Shown here: piece by piece, positions 13,927 to 29,320 of the stretch | Numbering within the stretch: the first letter of the stretch is position 1 | Layout: the number at the start of each line of letters is the position of its first letter | DNA from: Octopus vulgaris | Lineage: Eukaryota | Length of the DNA: 64,000 bases | Assembly (NCBI GenBank): GCA_951406725.2 | Contig: OX597824.1 | Location: 98,704,001-98,768,000, forward strand | Direction of reading: 5' to 3' | Made by a program: the position numbers and the translations under genes | Notes under the pieces: generated by a model | The model's input: only the letters and a program-made list of their open reading frames with translations | What the model was told of the DNA's origin: nothing | Databases searched by the model: none

Positions 13927-16900
13927 GTAAGTTATTCAACTTAATGGCAGCCATCTTGGAAATATTTCCTCTCATTTCTTTTCTTTATATTAATAGTGTT
14001 TGTTTTGTTCTGACTTTTACCAGATTAAAGAAGTAAGAATAGCGCCACCTATGTCATTTTTAGGACTCCAAAACTTTGAGTGGGAAGGTGGAAAGTATCA
14101 TCAGACAGGTAACTCTGCTAAAGGTACCTGAGGAACAGGTGGGGGGACCACGTGATACATTAGATCTGCCACCCCATAACAATGTCTAGTGACGGGCTTC
14201 CTTACAGTTTCCGCCTACTAAATTTACTCACATGATTTTGGTCAACCCAAGGCAATGAAAGGAGACAGCTGCCCAAAGTGTCCTGCACGCACACACACAC
14301 ACACACACACACATACGCATATCTATATATATAGATGTGTAATGGTGATATCTGTGTGTGTTTGGGGTTACTCTTAACTCCTCCCCACCGTCCAACTGAT
14401 TATAATGATTTTTGGCATATAGGTACATTACATGTCCTGAAGTTCAAATAAGGCTGGCATATTTCGAAATCTAGATAATGCTCAGTTGGCATCGATTTTT
14501 GTGAGCTCAATCGGGCGTTTAAATGGAAATTCCCATAACGATGTTATTTTTCCTGCAGCTTATGCATTTTCCACGTGTAAAATTTCAACAAAATCGATAG
14601 AATAGTCTCTAAGGAAATGCTTAGTCAATACAAGGTCAGAGGTGGGCTTAACTTCGACACGAAAAACACGAGCAACACCGGGTCTAACCGCTAGTATACA
14701 TATATATATATATATACGACGGGCTTGCTTCAGTTTCCATCTACCAAATCCACTCACAAGGCTTTAATCGGCCCAAGGCTATAGTAGAATAGAAACACTT
14801 GCCCAATGTGTGATACACAGTGGGACCGAACCTGGAACCATATGGCTGGGAAGCAAACTTCTTATCACTCAGTCACGTCTGGCATCAATGAATAAGTTTT
14901 TCTTTAAGAAAGTCTGATCCCAGAGATCTGCAACAATCGCAGTCGTCCTCAACTTAAAGAAAGGATTCACTACGTGGCTGTTTGAATTGCCAGGAATAAC
15001 AGTCAAAGTTTCTCAAATCAGACCCCGCTGCTTTAATAGACGTCCTATACAGAGCTCTACGCTGCATGATCTTTATGGGGTGGAACGGGGTGGTAGTTAC
15101 TAGAATGTGTTTAACCAAAGACCAGTTCAGTTAGGGCTGACCTAGGCTTAGCTTCAAAAACCTCCTATTTTGCTTCTCAAAATGACTCCATGACCTCATC
15201 TCAACAACAACAACAAAATTAGTGATTCTCTAACAAATTTATTTCCATTCTTCTGCTGGATTACACTCTCCTATATTGTAATCACATCGGTAAATTCCTC
15301 AACACATAACAAAATCGAAATGAAAAAAAATGGAGATTCATACAGGTAAACACATCACCCATCTCAATGCTGTGCGCATGAATATGTCTGCCTATCTGTC
15401 TGTCAACCTTTCTGTATGTATGAATATATGCGTGCGTGCCTGTGTGCGTATGTTTGTATGTGTGTATATGCGTTTATATGCGTGTCTAAAGCACGCCGTG
15501 GAAACTATCTCAGATTTGGCGGTCCCCAACACTTTCACGCTTGTCACACCTGTGTCACACCTGTATCACGCCTGTGTCTTAAGATGACTGCAAAAACCTG
15601 ATGTGTGTCTACTCATGTCGCTCTTTTATGATTACAAATGCATTAGTCGTGATCTCTGTATTGAGCGCAATATATTTCATTGATATTATTTACGTTATGT
15701 ATCAAGCATAGTAATATATAAATACATGGACATTTACATAGAGAGATACATACACACTTAGACGCATACATGAATATGTGTGTGTGTGTGTGTGTATATA
15801 GATAGATAGATAGATAGATAGATACATAGATACATACATACATACATACATACATACATACATACATACATACATACATACATACATACATAGAGAGAGA
15901 GGGAGAAGAGAGAGAGATATATATATAAGCGCTCCTTTTCTAACACTGTAAGAAGAGAATCCATTTATATAATTTGATTTTTCAACAAATGTGAAGCAAA
16001 AATAATGGCTTCTACAGTAATTTAAGTCTCTGAGAGAATACATTAGAGAAGGACACAGAGAGAGAGGGGGGATGAGGAGCAGACACGTGATATACAAACA
16101 TACACGCATGCATACAATCATATATACATGTATTCAGTTATACATACATACCTACATAAAGTTATGTATACTTACATATATTCATACAAAAATGTATGCA
16201 GGTGTGTGTGTGTGTGTGTGTACAAGTGAGTGAACAAATGAACGAAAGAAACTAACACTCAACACATTTGGTTAAAGTTACATGCATTCAATAAGAGTTT
16301 CGTGGGCGTAGGGCACGTCTACATCATCGGATGTTCTGTGGTAGAATACAAAGAATTTAAAAGCTATTTAAAATGCTTTTTTGGTAAGAATTTTTACGCC
16401 TACATAAGTCAGTTCTTCGTCGTAATTATTTTTGCTCTCAGTTATTTTATTGGGGGCAGACAGAATGCTGGTGTCGCTGTGTCGGCATTTGAAATATCAC
16501 TATTTCAACATCAGCTCTTTACAACGTCTTCTGCACGTGGTAGGACAGATAAACTTTTTGGCGTCAGATAGTCGACATTCTGTTAGATGTGGTATTTCAG
16601 TGCAGCAGTTATCACGTGGGAAGATCAAGGATTTGATGGTGTCACGTGGCATATCTGATTTCGTGACCAACATGAATTATAGTAACTTGTAATCTTAACA
16701 TGCAGCAGGAATTATAGACTCTACCGTGTTGGGCGTGAGCCAAATAGGTTCATGGTAGTGTGTCCGTATTATCAGCGGCCAATTGCTTAACAGAGCTTAC
16801 CTCTAATGGCTACAATAAGACAGATCATTTTTACTTATTGAGGGCTACTTAAGGCTCATAATGTATATGGAGTTTCTCACTGAGGCAAAGTTAGCAATTT

Positions 16901-17160
16901 TGAGCACCTACAGGGTAAGGAGAGGCACTGTCACAGATGTCCCATGGGATGTTGGGGAATTCGTTTCGATAGTCCTACGGTCTCGAGGTGAAACAAGGAA
17001 GAGCGTTGAAGTTTTCCCTGTCCCTACACCTAAACACCTGAAGGTTTGCACGTGCTGCATGTATCTTCCGAAAAGGTTTCCGAAGGATATGTAATCCTGG
17101 CGGTTATATTTGGTTCAGTGTCATAGTTTCTTCAGATGACATTCGAACAGCATTAAAAAT

Positions 17161-17246
17161 GACCCTGAGGATGTTGCACCGATAATTAACAGCAAGATGC
17201 ACACTTAGCAATGTGCAGTGGTTTGCAGCTGAAACGTGCGTAGGTT
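17161..17246 (+). ncRNA. Type I hammerhead ribozyme motif
   Basis: acc-CTGAGGA-tgttgca...tgcagct-GAAA-cgtgcg-TA-ggt, with an extra tgcaca/tgtgca hairpin in the stem II loop. Confidence 0.7.
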
Positions 17247-17299
17247 TAAGAGAAGAAAGATGCAAATAAAATTATTTCCTTATCTGTATCTTTTATATA

Positions 17300-17917
17300 T
17301 ATACATACATAAAATATATATATAAATTAGAGAAAAAAACACTATTATGTAATTCAAACAATGATAGACATAAACCAAATCATAAAGAAAAAATAAAATA
17401 TATTATAAAATATATAACTAGATCACAAAAAGTACAAGAAAATGAATAAACAATATATGATAAGTAAAAAGACTACGTACGTTTCATGGCTATAATTTCA
17501 AATCGAATTACAATTAAATTTAAATTTAATCGAAAAACAAATCAACTTAAAAGTATAGTCACTCCTCAGGTCAACAATAATAACAATAATAGTTAAATAA
17601 ATAATCAAATAGAATTAAACAATATTTCTTAAAGAAATAGAATCATGATTGTTCTTATAGAAGAAACTCCGTTAACTAAATTTAAAACTTAAAAAGTAGA
17701 ACCAGGTGCCTATAATACATTTATCATGTTAAAAACCTAAGGTAAAAAAATAGAGTAAATAGATACAAAAATATATTTACCTGTGAAGATATAATTTAGC
17801 TTTGAGAATAACATTAACAAACTATAAAATATCTTTTTACTAGCTATACTCTAATATTTTTATTTAATATATATTGTTTATTCATTTTTTTGTACTTCTT
17901 GTGATCTAGTTATATAT
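17300..17917 (-). mobile_element. AT-rich Penelope-like remnant with HHR and terminal inverted segment
   Basis: About 50-bp inverted repeat (17410-17458 vs 17868-17917) enclosing HHR 17471-17572, with TA-rich flanks. Confidence 0.6.
17471..17572 (-). ncRNA. Type I hammerhead ribozyme motif
   Basis: Minus strand reads gac-CTGAGGA-gtgactata...tatagccat-GAAA-cgtacg-TA-gtc, with a palindromic stem III. Confidence 0.75.
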
Positions 17918-17959
17918 GTACAAGGGATGAGAGTATGCGGGGTAGACAGGCATGAAGAT

Positions 17960-18021
<62 letters not shown>

Positions 18022-18715
18022 CCAGTTTCAACCAGAGGCGGAAGCCATGCTGGAGCACCGCCCTTCAGTGCGATTGGGTTTCTTTTCTAGTTTTGGTGAA
18101 GGAAGCAGTTGGACGGAGATGCTCTTCATTGTTGCTCTCACCGCGACATCGGTTCTTCTGGTATTTCAAATAAAAATTGTCCACACGCTCTTTCAAGACC
18201 TCAATATTGGGTAAAAAAAACATTGTAAATCTCTTGCTGACTTTTGAGTCATTTCCCCCCACACAACATCTGGCAATTTTAAGATGTAAATATTCGGCTC
18301 CAAGATACCTGCGACTTTCTGGGTTTAACTAGTTTGGTGGCGATGTGTTTGTACTCTGTCGGTGCCGCTGTTAAGAAGAGTCATAATCGAAGAGTCATAT
18401 TTGAAGAGTCATACTCGAAGAGTCAACAGCTCTCATCATCATACATGCATGTATGAATTTCCTTGAATTTGTGTGTGAGTGTGTATGTATGCGCGCGCGC
18501 GTGTATCTATGTACGCAAACATGCGTATATATATATATATGAAAGAGCGAAAGAGTTTGTATTTAAGCATGTGTATAATTATTTTCCAATACATATATAT
18601 ATAGTGTATTTTATCCCCCCAAATCGTCTTCCATTCCTTGATTAACTGATTTCTCTCTTTCTCCGATCTTTGATCGCTCTCACCTTTATCCCGAAAAAAC
18701 ATTTAATACATACGT

Positions 18716-18756
<41 letters not shown>

Positions 18757-18757
18757 A

Positions 18758-18817
<60 letters not shown>

Positions 18818-18950
18818 GTTTAGATTTAGATTTATATATTGCTTAAATTTAGTCGCTCTAACTGGAGCATATATTATTATAAAAGATATGTAATATTAGA
18901 TATATATATATAAATATATATACATATGTGTCTGTGTGAGTATATATATA

Positions 18951-18996
<46 letters not shown>

Positions 18997-19800
18997 GTTA
19001 TACATACATGCATGCATACATACATACACATGAAGGTTGGAATCTAATTCCTTTACAAAAACTTTTCTTCCTACTTTCTTTTTAATCTTTAGTTATATCT
19101 TTTATTGCTGTTGCTCCTTTCTTTGTTGTTGTTGTTGTTGTTGTTGCTGCCGTTGCTGCTGTGATCTTCTTCCCAATTTCCTTCTGTTCGTGTATTTCAT
19201 ATATGCCCATTTCCCACACACTCCCCCATTTCTACATCTCGTTGCTCCCGATGCCTCTCCTGGCTTTTCTGCAACACGGTGCTCACATTTTAGAGAATAC
19301 AATATGCGTTTGTGTGTATATATGCATATAGATGTTTGTATATATATATATAGATATAAATATATGTAAGTATATGTGTGTGTGTGTGTATGTGTAAGAT
19401 ACATATGGTCAATGTTTATTCTATCGTGATCCTAAATATGAAGTAGCCCTAACCCCACCCCACCCCGTCCTCATCTCATCCACTCGATCAAAAGGCGGAG
19501 GGATGGCGGTAGGAGGAGAAAAAAGTTATTCATTTATTGATAGCGTGAGCACAAATGGTATTTAGAATGTAGTTAGCTCATGGATTGTTTGTTGTACGTG
19601 TGTGTGTTTGTATATGTGTGTGTGTGCATATATATAGAGAGAGATAGATATATATATATATATATATACTCAAACCCTTTAACTCTGATAGCATTGCTAT
19701 TCTGTGTAAGTCGGACATTTTTATATGCACACATATGTATATTTTTTCATATTAAATACATTTAATATTTTTTGTATATTGACTTGCTTACATTTACTCC

Positions 19801-19832
<32 letters not shown>

Positions 19833-20268
19833 TGTATGTATGTATGTATGTATGTATGTATGTATGTATGTATGTATTTATGTGAATGTATGTATGTATG
19901 TATGTATGTATGCACGCATGTATGTATGTGTGTGTATGTATATACATACGTACTATTCTTAAACAAATATATTGACAATGAGTTCAAAGTTTCGAACAGT
20001 TAAACCGTCCAGAGATGGCTTCACTGATAGAAACTTCGAAGTGATTGTCGATAATATTCTTTAAGAATATTAAATTTGTACTCAACAAAATTATAGAGTA
20101 ACCCATTATATAAATGCAATTTTTTAAAATTAAAACTGAACAAAAAGCAAACCACCACACACACATACATACATATATAATCTCTATAGGATTTTATCAA
20201 GTAGCTACTACGTAAAAACCAGTTTAGGTAAAAATTAATACAAAGTATTTAATTTTGATTAAATACTT

Positions 20269-20926
<658 letters not shown>

Positions 20927-21703
20927 TACATGCATCTATATACATATATATGAAAAATAGAAGTTGAAAATACACTGAGAATAGTTAAAATATTTTTTAT
21001 TAAAATATTTAAAGCATTCACCGGTTTCACAGTTTATACTGATTTTCAAAATGTTCAAATAGAAAGACGTTTCTTTTGCTGCTGATATGAAAATACGTGA
21101 ATTCATCAAATGTTTTCCCGTCCCATTTATCATGAATTGTTGCAAGCGAATTTTCTCCTTGTGGAACGGAACAAAATAACCAATATGCATGTATGTATGT
21201 GAATGTGTGTGTGTGTGTGTGTGTCTGCGTCTGTGTTTGTGTGTGGGGGGTGTGGGCATGATTGTATAGACTTTATAAAAAACATAGCAAAGTACTCAGA
21301 AAAAAGAATGGAAAAAAGCGTAAAAATTCTTGAAGGATTTTCTGAAGAATAATTGAGCTGCCGGACTCTATTTGGGGGGAAGAATTAATATACCTTTCTC
21401 AGTGTCAAAGCCACATCCAGTAGCAGATTCAATCATTCTTTGGAACATTTTCATGGAATTTGTTTGCTTTTCTGGTTATTTTCATTTGCTTATTGTTTAG
21501 TTTAGTTTTTTCTTTCTCTTCCATTCATTTCCTTTAAAAGATGTTTCGGCGTTTCCCGCAAGAGAAGCTGTACACATCGTCGACTCTTGCTCCAATCCTT
21601 ACATCCGAAAGAGCGGAACCACGGATGTTGGTGAAATCGTTAGTGACACTTGCAGCATAAATAGACACGCGCACGCGAGCGCAGAACAGATGGATAGAGA
21701 GAG

Positions 21704-21867
<164 letters not shown>

Positions 21868-21989
21868 CTGATTGATTGATTGATTGATTGATTGATAGCT
21901 AGATAGATAGATACATACATACATACATAGAGAGAGAGAGGGGGATAGATAGATAGATACATACATACATACATACATACATACACACA

Positions 21990-22023
<34 letters not shown>

Positions 22024-22163
22024 CATACATACATAGACATGCATATATTCATATGTACACAAATGCATACATGTGTATACAGACACATGCATCTATCTCT
22101 ATGTCTGTATGCATGCATGCTTGTATGTATGTATATATGTATGTATGTATGCATGTATGTATG

Positions 22164-22197
<34 letters not shown>

Positions 22198-22439
22198 TGT
22201 ATGTATGTATATATGTATGTGCGTATGTATGTGCGTATGCATGTGTGTGTGTGTTTGCATATATGTATGTATAACACTTTCTTGTTGTTTGGCACCAGCC
22301 AATAAAAACCTATGGCATCATGGGAACGTTCCTGAATGTCTCCGCTAGAGGACACTATTGATACTTCCGGATGATAGTTGTTAACTAATCGATAGCTGAA
22401 CTGGACGTATTGGCTATGAAGAGGGTCCTGATCATGTGT

Positions 22440-22511
<72 letters not shown>

Positions 22512-22751
22512 CGGTGGTGGTAGTGGTGGTGGTGGTGGTGGTGGTGGTGTTGGTGGTGTTAGTGCTGGTGCTGGTGTGGATGATGATGATGATGATGACG
22601 GTGACGATGATGAGGAGGAGGATTATAGTTGAGATGTTGATGACAATACTCAATGGAAATTATGGCAATACCAGGAAAAATTCGAAAAAAGAATATATAT
22701 ATATATCACACACACACATATATGTATGTATGTACGAGATGTATATATAGG

Positions 22752-22786
<35 letters not shown>

Positions 22787-22930
22787 GGATTTGTGTATAC
22801 ACACACCACACACATTTACATATGCATGTACCTACGTGAATGCACACACATACATTTTATGTGTCTGCATGTAAGTGTATGTATATATTCATACATAAAT
22901 GCCTATATATACATCTCTTACATACATACA

Positions 22931-22967
<37 letters not shown>

Positions 22968-25072
22968 CTTTGTGTGAGTCATCTGTTTCGTTCACATCCC
23001 GTTTGTACGCAAACACAAGCGGACTTTGTCCTTAAGCTGCTCAGTTACCATGGTTACACATCATGTCAATGTGGATATTCTCTCGTACAGTAAACATTGA
23101 AGATGTTTGGCTCCCGAGAAATGTGTAAAAAGCCTAGCTCTCTGAACAGGACTAGGATTATATGTCAACCGGCTACGTGGCCTGCTTAACGGTCTCCCAT
23201 TGACACACTGCTTCCTCCCCACACAGCTATCCCGTTCTAAACTTAAGGCTTCATACAGTCAGCCCTGATCTTCGTCAGAGAGACACTGGACACCAGTGGT
23301 TGAGACGGTGGCGTAGCAAAACAACTACTAAACAAGAGTCTCTACAAACGTCGGGAGCGTGCTAGAAATAGCTGTCTAGTCTCCATCAAATTACACTCTT
23401 CTGTCTTAATAAACTAAGGACACATTGGTAAATGTAGCCCTAGAAAGATTATGACTAAAAATAATTGCGATAACCTTGGACGGAATACCTTTAAACGTCT
23501 GTGTGTCTTCCACAAAATGTCATCCTCTAACGGAGAACATTATGAGCAGATGATGGTGACGTCTAGAATCCAATTAATGTCTCTTACGCGTAGACATGTA
23601 TTTTTAGGCAAATGTTTAGAGATAAGTAACCTCTCAGGAGACTGGTTGCTCCCCCTGCATGTCAAGGGAGATAAGCATCTCGCCAGTTGCCTTCCTTTTT
23701 TTTTTTTCTTTTTGGTTCTTCAATGGCTACAAATATCTTTCTACATTTTTCCTTTAAATTTTCCTTCACGAGCTGCTCGCAGAACTGCGACAATCCAAAC
23801 AATAACTTAATAACTCTTCGTAATTAAGAGGTCCCGGCAAATTCGAGCGTCGACTTGTTGGTCGCTGTTGTTGTTTCATTTTCCTTTGTTTCTTTTGGTC
23901 ATCGGAGAACACCTCTGCCTTTTAGACGATGCGTGTTCATCAGACTCACGAGTCACCTGTGTAAGGAGACTCTGAGACGCCGTGGGCTTCTTTCAGTTTC
24001 CTGCTACCAAACCTTCTCATAAGTCTTTGGTCGGCTCGGGGCTATAGTAAAAGACACTTGCCCAAAGTGTCCTGCTGTGGGACTGAACTCGGAACCATGT
24101 AGTTGGGAAACGAGCTTCTTACTACACAGCCACCCCTGCCCTGCACCTATATATATACACACGTATGTGTGCGTATGTGTGAGCTGCAACAATGTATATA
24201 CAGACGAGACCTCTTAGTCTGATCACTTGGCAACGAAACCTTTGAGATAACAATAACCGCTCGATGACACTATCCATGACTGTAATAAGCGGCTTTCCTT
24301 GCATCCATGTCCACACGCCAATCAATCTACCAATGCCTTCTAAAATATACATCAAATCCACAACTGCGTTAGACTTTCATTTTACATTATCCTTTCCTTC
24401 TTTTTGTTATTCTTCCATTTCACTTCTTGCAATTCGTTTGTAAATATTTTTTTCAATTCCTAATGGCTTTCAGCTTCTATGTTTCTTCTGTCTTTTTTTA
24501 TTTTTATGCACCACGAATCACTTCTAGACTTATTAATCGTTAAACTTTATCGTATATTGCTCCTCTAGCCATCATGTCACCGGCACAGCATACATGGATG
24601 TTGTGTATGTATGATACAACGTTTAACAGAATATTTATTTCCTCTACTTCAAAAGAATTCTAGGAAAAACTGCTTCAAATTCAAAATCATAAAACAGAAT
24701 TTCCACAATAATTTATAGTCCATAAACACTTGACTTGAAGGACTTCTCTCTTTTTCGTTCTGTTTTACATAATTCAATCATTTCTTCAAATTCTTCACAT
24801 TTACTTCGCTCTGAATTCATTAAAAATCGTTTGCTGAAGAGAACGATGGCGGCCATGTCTGAAGCGCTCTTGCATTATCTAGTGGCCATTAGACATTGCT
24901 TTGGACACATTATTCCATTACTTAACGGTATACTTTACTGGCATCACTTGACGGAAGTCTTTCCTTCAATACACTCTTGGCTATCCACTTATTCCTCTCT
25001 ACCTCGATTTTCATAGCATATACATATAGAGAGAATACTTGTACGCATATTCATATATACATACATATATAC

Positions 25073-25110
<38 letters not shown>

Positions 25111-25847
25111 ATACATAAGTACCAGTTACGCACTAGGGTCGATATAATCGACTTAATCCGTTTGTCAGTCCTTGTTTGTCCTCTCTGTGTTTAACCCCTT
25201 GTGGGTAGTAAAGAAATAGGTATTTCTTCCTCTTTTTTACGTTTTCAGTTCAAATCCTGATGAGACCAATTTTCCTTTTCCTTCCTCCGAGGGCTGATAA
25301 AGTAAATCACAAGCCAAGTATCGGCGGGGTGGGGGATGTAAATAATGACCCTTCCCCTTAAAATGGGTTTAGTCGATCGGTTGTGTGCCTTTGTTAAAAA
25401 TGAATATCAGGGGGAGGAGGAGGAGGAGGAGGAGTGGATGTCACCATTATAACCTTAGAAAATGTTTATCCAATCGGAAACACGAAGAAGAAGAAGAAGA
25501 AGAAGAAGAAGAAGAAGAAGAAGAAGAAGAAGAAGAAGAAGAAGAAGAAGAAGAAGAAGAAGAAGAAGAAGAAAAAGAAGGAGGAGGGGGAGGAGGAGGA
25601 GGAGGAGGAGTGTAGTTTCTTGAATTTTGATATCATGACTATGATGCGGATCTCCTCTTCGAATTGATGATATTAGAGGAATTTATTACCATTTAGCTCT
25701 TAACATATATATATATATATGTGTGTGTGTGTGTATGAATACATGCATATATATATATATACATATATACATATACATATATATATATATATATGTATAT
25801 ATACTATATGTATATATATATATATATGCATATACTTTATGTATATA

Positions 25848-25902
<55 letters not shown>

Positions 25903-26914
25903 TTTGATACTTTGATACTTTGATAGGTTTCGGCCATTATTGGCCCAGGCCATGTCTAACTTAATAGCACCACCTGGTGAAGTCTTTCAAGTCAGAATTT
26001 GGGCACTATGGCCCACTCAAGTAGAGAGTTATTGTTTACAGAGACATATCCGGGTGTAGGGGGTTTATCCGGGATTTCTTGAAGGAATCTGTCCAAAGAC
26101 TTCTTGAACCCTATAGGGTCAGTTTCCGTTTTAATGTGTTTTGGTGTAATGTTAAAGAGAGCGGGGCCAATTGAGGTGAAATAATTGTGCCGTATTGTTG
26201 TTATGAGATGAGAGTGCGATTTTTGTTTTGGGCGGATGGCACGGGGCCCAAGCCTTGGATGTACCTTAAAGGTGATGCCAACATCATTTGGGCAATGCTG
26301 ATGGAATATTTTCCACATCATGCAGATGATGTAGCGCTCACGACGACGTTGGAGAGAATAGAGTTTTAGCTTTTCTAGCCGACCCCAATAGTCGAGGCCT
26401 GTCATGCCATCTATCTTTTTTGTGATTGCCCTTTGAGGTGCTTCAACTTTTATGATACCTTGTATTGTGTGGGGAGACCACAGTGGACAACAGTATTCAA
26501 GGTGGGGTCGGGCAAAAGTGGAGAAGAGAAGGATAATGGTGTGGATATCTCTCGACTGGAAAGTTCTGGGAATCCAGGAACACATTCTGCGGGCCATGTC
26601 AACTTTGGTGTTTATATGAGTGGCCCAGCTTACGTTGTTGTCCACAATTACTCCCAAGTCTCTGATGTTGTTGGACGCCGCGAGAGTTTCACCTGAAGGA
26701 AGGGAGTATGGGAGTTTCAGGGCATCCTCTTTTCCAAAGTGGATTAGCTCAAATTTATCCTCGTTCAGCAGCATATTGTTTTTTTCTGCCCATTGGATAA
26801 CAGCCAGTAGATCTGACTGAAGGCATGTCCGGTCACTCGCCTCATTTATGACCTTCTGTAGCTTGGAGTCATCTGCAAAGATTTTTATGTTGCTGTGCTT
26901 GGATGTCATTAATG

Positions 26915-26916
<2 letters not shown>
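25903..26916 (-). mobile_element. 5'-truncated CR1-like LINE (RT C-terminal half, about 308 uninterrupted codons) in (TA)n
   Basis: [34 protein letters not shown] and LKLYSLQRRRER motifs; 3' tail of tandem ATCAAAGT; (TA)n on both sides. Confidence 0.9.
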
Positions 26917-26988
<72 letters not shown>

Positions 26989-27052
26989 GTATATATGTAT
27001 GTATGTATGTATATACATACATAAGCAAAACATTCAAACACTGGGATTTGAA

Positions 27053-27111
<59 letters not shown>

Positions 27112-27114
27112 CAT

Positions 27115-27149
<35 letters not shown>

Positions 27150-27487
27150 CACTTATATATATATATATATACGCGCACTGAGTAAGTTTATGAGTCTGTG
27201 TGTGATGAATGATTTGTATTCACGGAGGCACGAATATCTGAAGTGGGAAATTATATGTGTAGGTATATGTATATGTGTGTGTATGTATGTATATATATAT
27301 GAGTGTGTGTGTGTATGTATGAATGCATGAATTGATATATATATATATATACTCACACACATACGTATGTGCGCATACACGCATACATATATGTATATAT
27401 ATGCATATATATACACATACACGTCTATACATACGTACATACATATAAATGTGTGTGTGTGTGTGTGTGTGTGTATACATATATGTG

Positions 27488-27536
<49 letters not shown>

Positions 27537-27595
27537 ATATATGTATATATGTATATATATATATATATACATACATATATATATATATATATATG

Positions 27596-27666
<71 letters not shown>

Positions 27667-28037
27667 TGCACACATCGTATTGAGTCAATATTGATCATTT
27701 AAATGTATCTACATGCGAAACCACTATCAACTCACGCGGCCCGTTTGCACAACCAGCATTCACAGACACACACTCACGTAATTGATACACGTACACTTAA
27801 GCGTGTGTGTGTGTGTGTGTGTTTTCACTAAGCAATATTCTGGTTGTGCAGATACCGTAATCATCCAAAAGTCTTTTCTGGAAGACAAGAGTTCCTCGGG
27901 GACTATCGGTTTCCAGAATTATTTGATGGTTGGCAAATGAGCGCTGCTTTCAATCTCTTCTCCTATGTCTGAACCATAAATATATATATATATATATATG
28001 TGTGTGTGTATATTTACTTGTGTACATGTGCGTGCGT

Positions 28038-28070
<33 letters not shown>

Positions 28071-28073
<3 letters not shown>

Positions 28074-29320
28074 AAATTGCATTCCCGAAGTTTTGAGACT
28101 TTTCTGAGAGAGCGAGAGAGTTATTAATTTGAAAGAAGTACAAAATTCTAATCTCCTTCAAAGTAGGATTGTCTGACTTCAATGCTCTTATTGTAGCATT
28201 CGAGGAGTCATTTTAGGAAAGCCTGGTGGAGATCCTCCAAAGTGAACGTGCCCAGGACCCTTGTCACAGCTTTCTTCATCTCAATATCTTCAAAACAACT
28301 AGCCCTGAGGTTCTCCTTCAGCTTTTGAAACAATCAAAAGTCACAGGGAACAACGTTTGGACTGCAGGGAAGGTGAAGGACAGTTCTGATACCAATATTT
28401 ATCAAGTAGTTAGTAACCAGAATGGAATCATGGACTGATGTATTGTCCTGGTGCAGGGGCCACCGACCCAAGTGGAAGAGCTCTGTCCCTTTTGTGATGA
28501 AATTTCTTCCTCGACTCTCTCAGAACCTCCACAAAGTGCTCTTTGTTGACCCTCTGGCCAAAGAGAATCCCGGTTGACTTGCTGTTCTAGGCCTTCTTGG
28601 GTCTGGGTGAGCCAGGATGATTCCATTGGGTACCCTACCTCTTTATCTTTGGATCAGAGCGATAGATCCCTCTTTCTTTCGTCACAGGCCAAGAGACACA
28701 AGTATTCTTAGCTTAGAAGTAATGAGCTGAAACTTCTCCCTGCTTTCACCAACTCGTCTTTCCTTCTGTTCGTCGCTGAACAACCTGGGAACAAATTTTG
28801 CACAAGTTTTGCCCATCTTTATATCTTCGTGAATAATTCGGTGTAAACTTGCCCAACTAACATCAAACTCTTTGCTACCTTCTTTTATAGACACAACGAC
28901 CTTCATCCAGAAAATGGCGAATTTTCTCAACCAGCTCTGATGTTCTGATGTTCCTCTCCCTCCCACAGCCCTCATCATCTCTCATCTCCTCTCTACCGTC
29001 CTAGAATCTTGTGCTAACGGAAATAAATTCTCGGCTCATACAAATTTATCCGTAAGGAGTCTGGAGTATTTCTTGAGTTTCCGTATCGTTTTTGTCCAGT
29101 TTAGCACAAAACTTTATCGCATAGTGAGTTTTCAAATTGCCTTCACGTCCCGACTGCATTCTGAAAACTAATCTTCATTGTGAAATAATAAAAAAGTTGG
29201 CAGATCAGCTTATTCGATGCATAGCAATGATAGACAAAGATTACAATAATCCAGGAGAGTTTATAACTGCCTCCTCTCCAAAGAAAGAAAAAGTCTCAGA
29301 GCTTCTTGAAGGCACCCTGT
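28071..29320 (-). mobile_element. Decayed mariner (Tc1/mariner) DNA transposon
   Basis: FDVSWASLHRIIHEDIKMGKTCAKFVPRLFSDEQKERRV, HQDN and SPDL motifs with frameshifts. Degenerate TIRs (gaagttttgagacttttct near 28087; agaaaaagtctcagagcttc near 29287). Confidence 0.8.

Noticed and set aside
18020-18300. ORF with a hydrophobic segment, or a transposase-like PNIEVLKERV on the minus strand
   Set aside because: No convincing splice sites or diagnostic motif; begins with a SINE fragment.
18373-18425. gaagagtcat repeated 4 times with short variable gaps
   Set aside because: A 14-bp-period minisatellite, far too short for CRISPR, in a eukaryote with no cas genes.
23926-23960. Small AG...GT segments (also near 27852 and 38430)
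   Set aside because: Expected by chance in a 30-kb intron, with no additional support.
24200-25010. Coding-like minus-strand stretch (LEGIGRLIG...)
   Set aside because: Many stops and no family motif I can assign with confidence.
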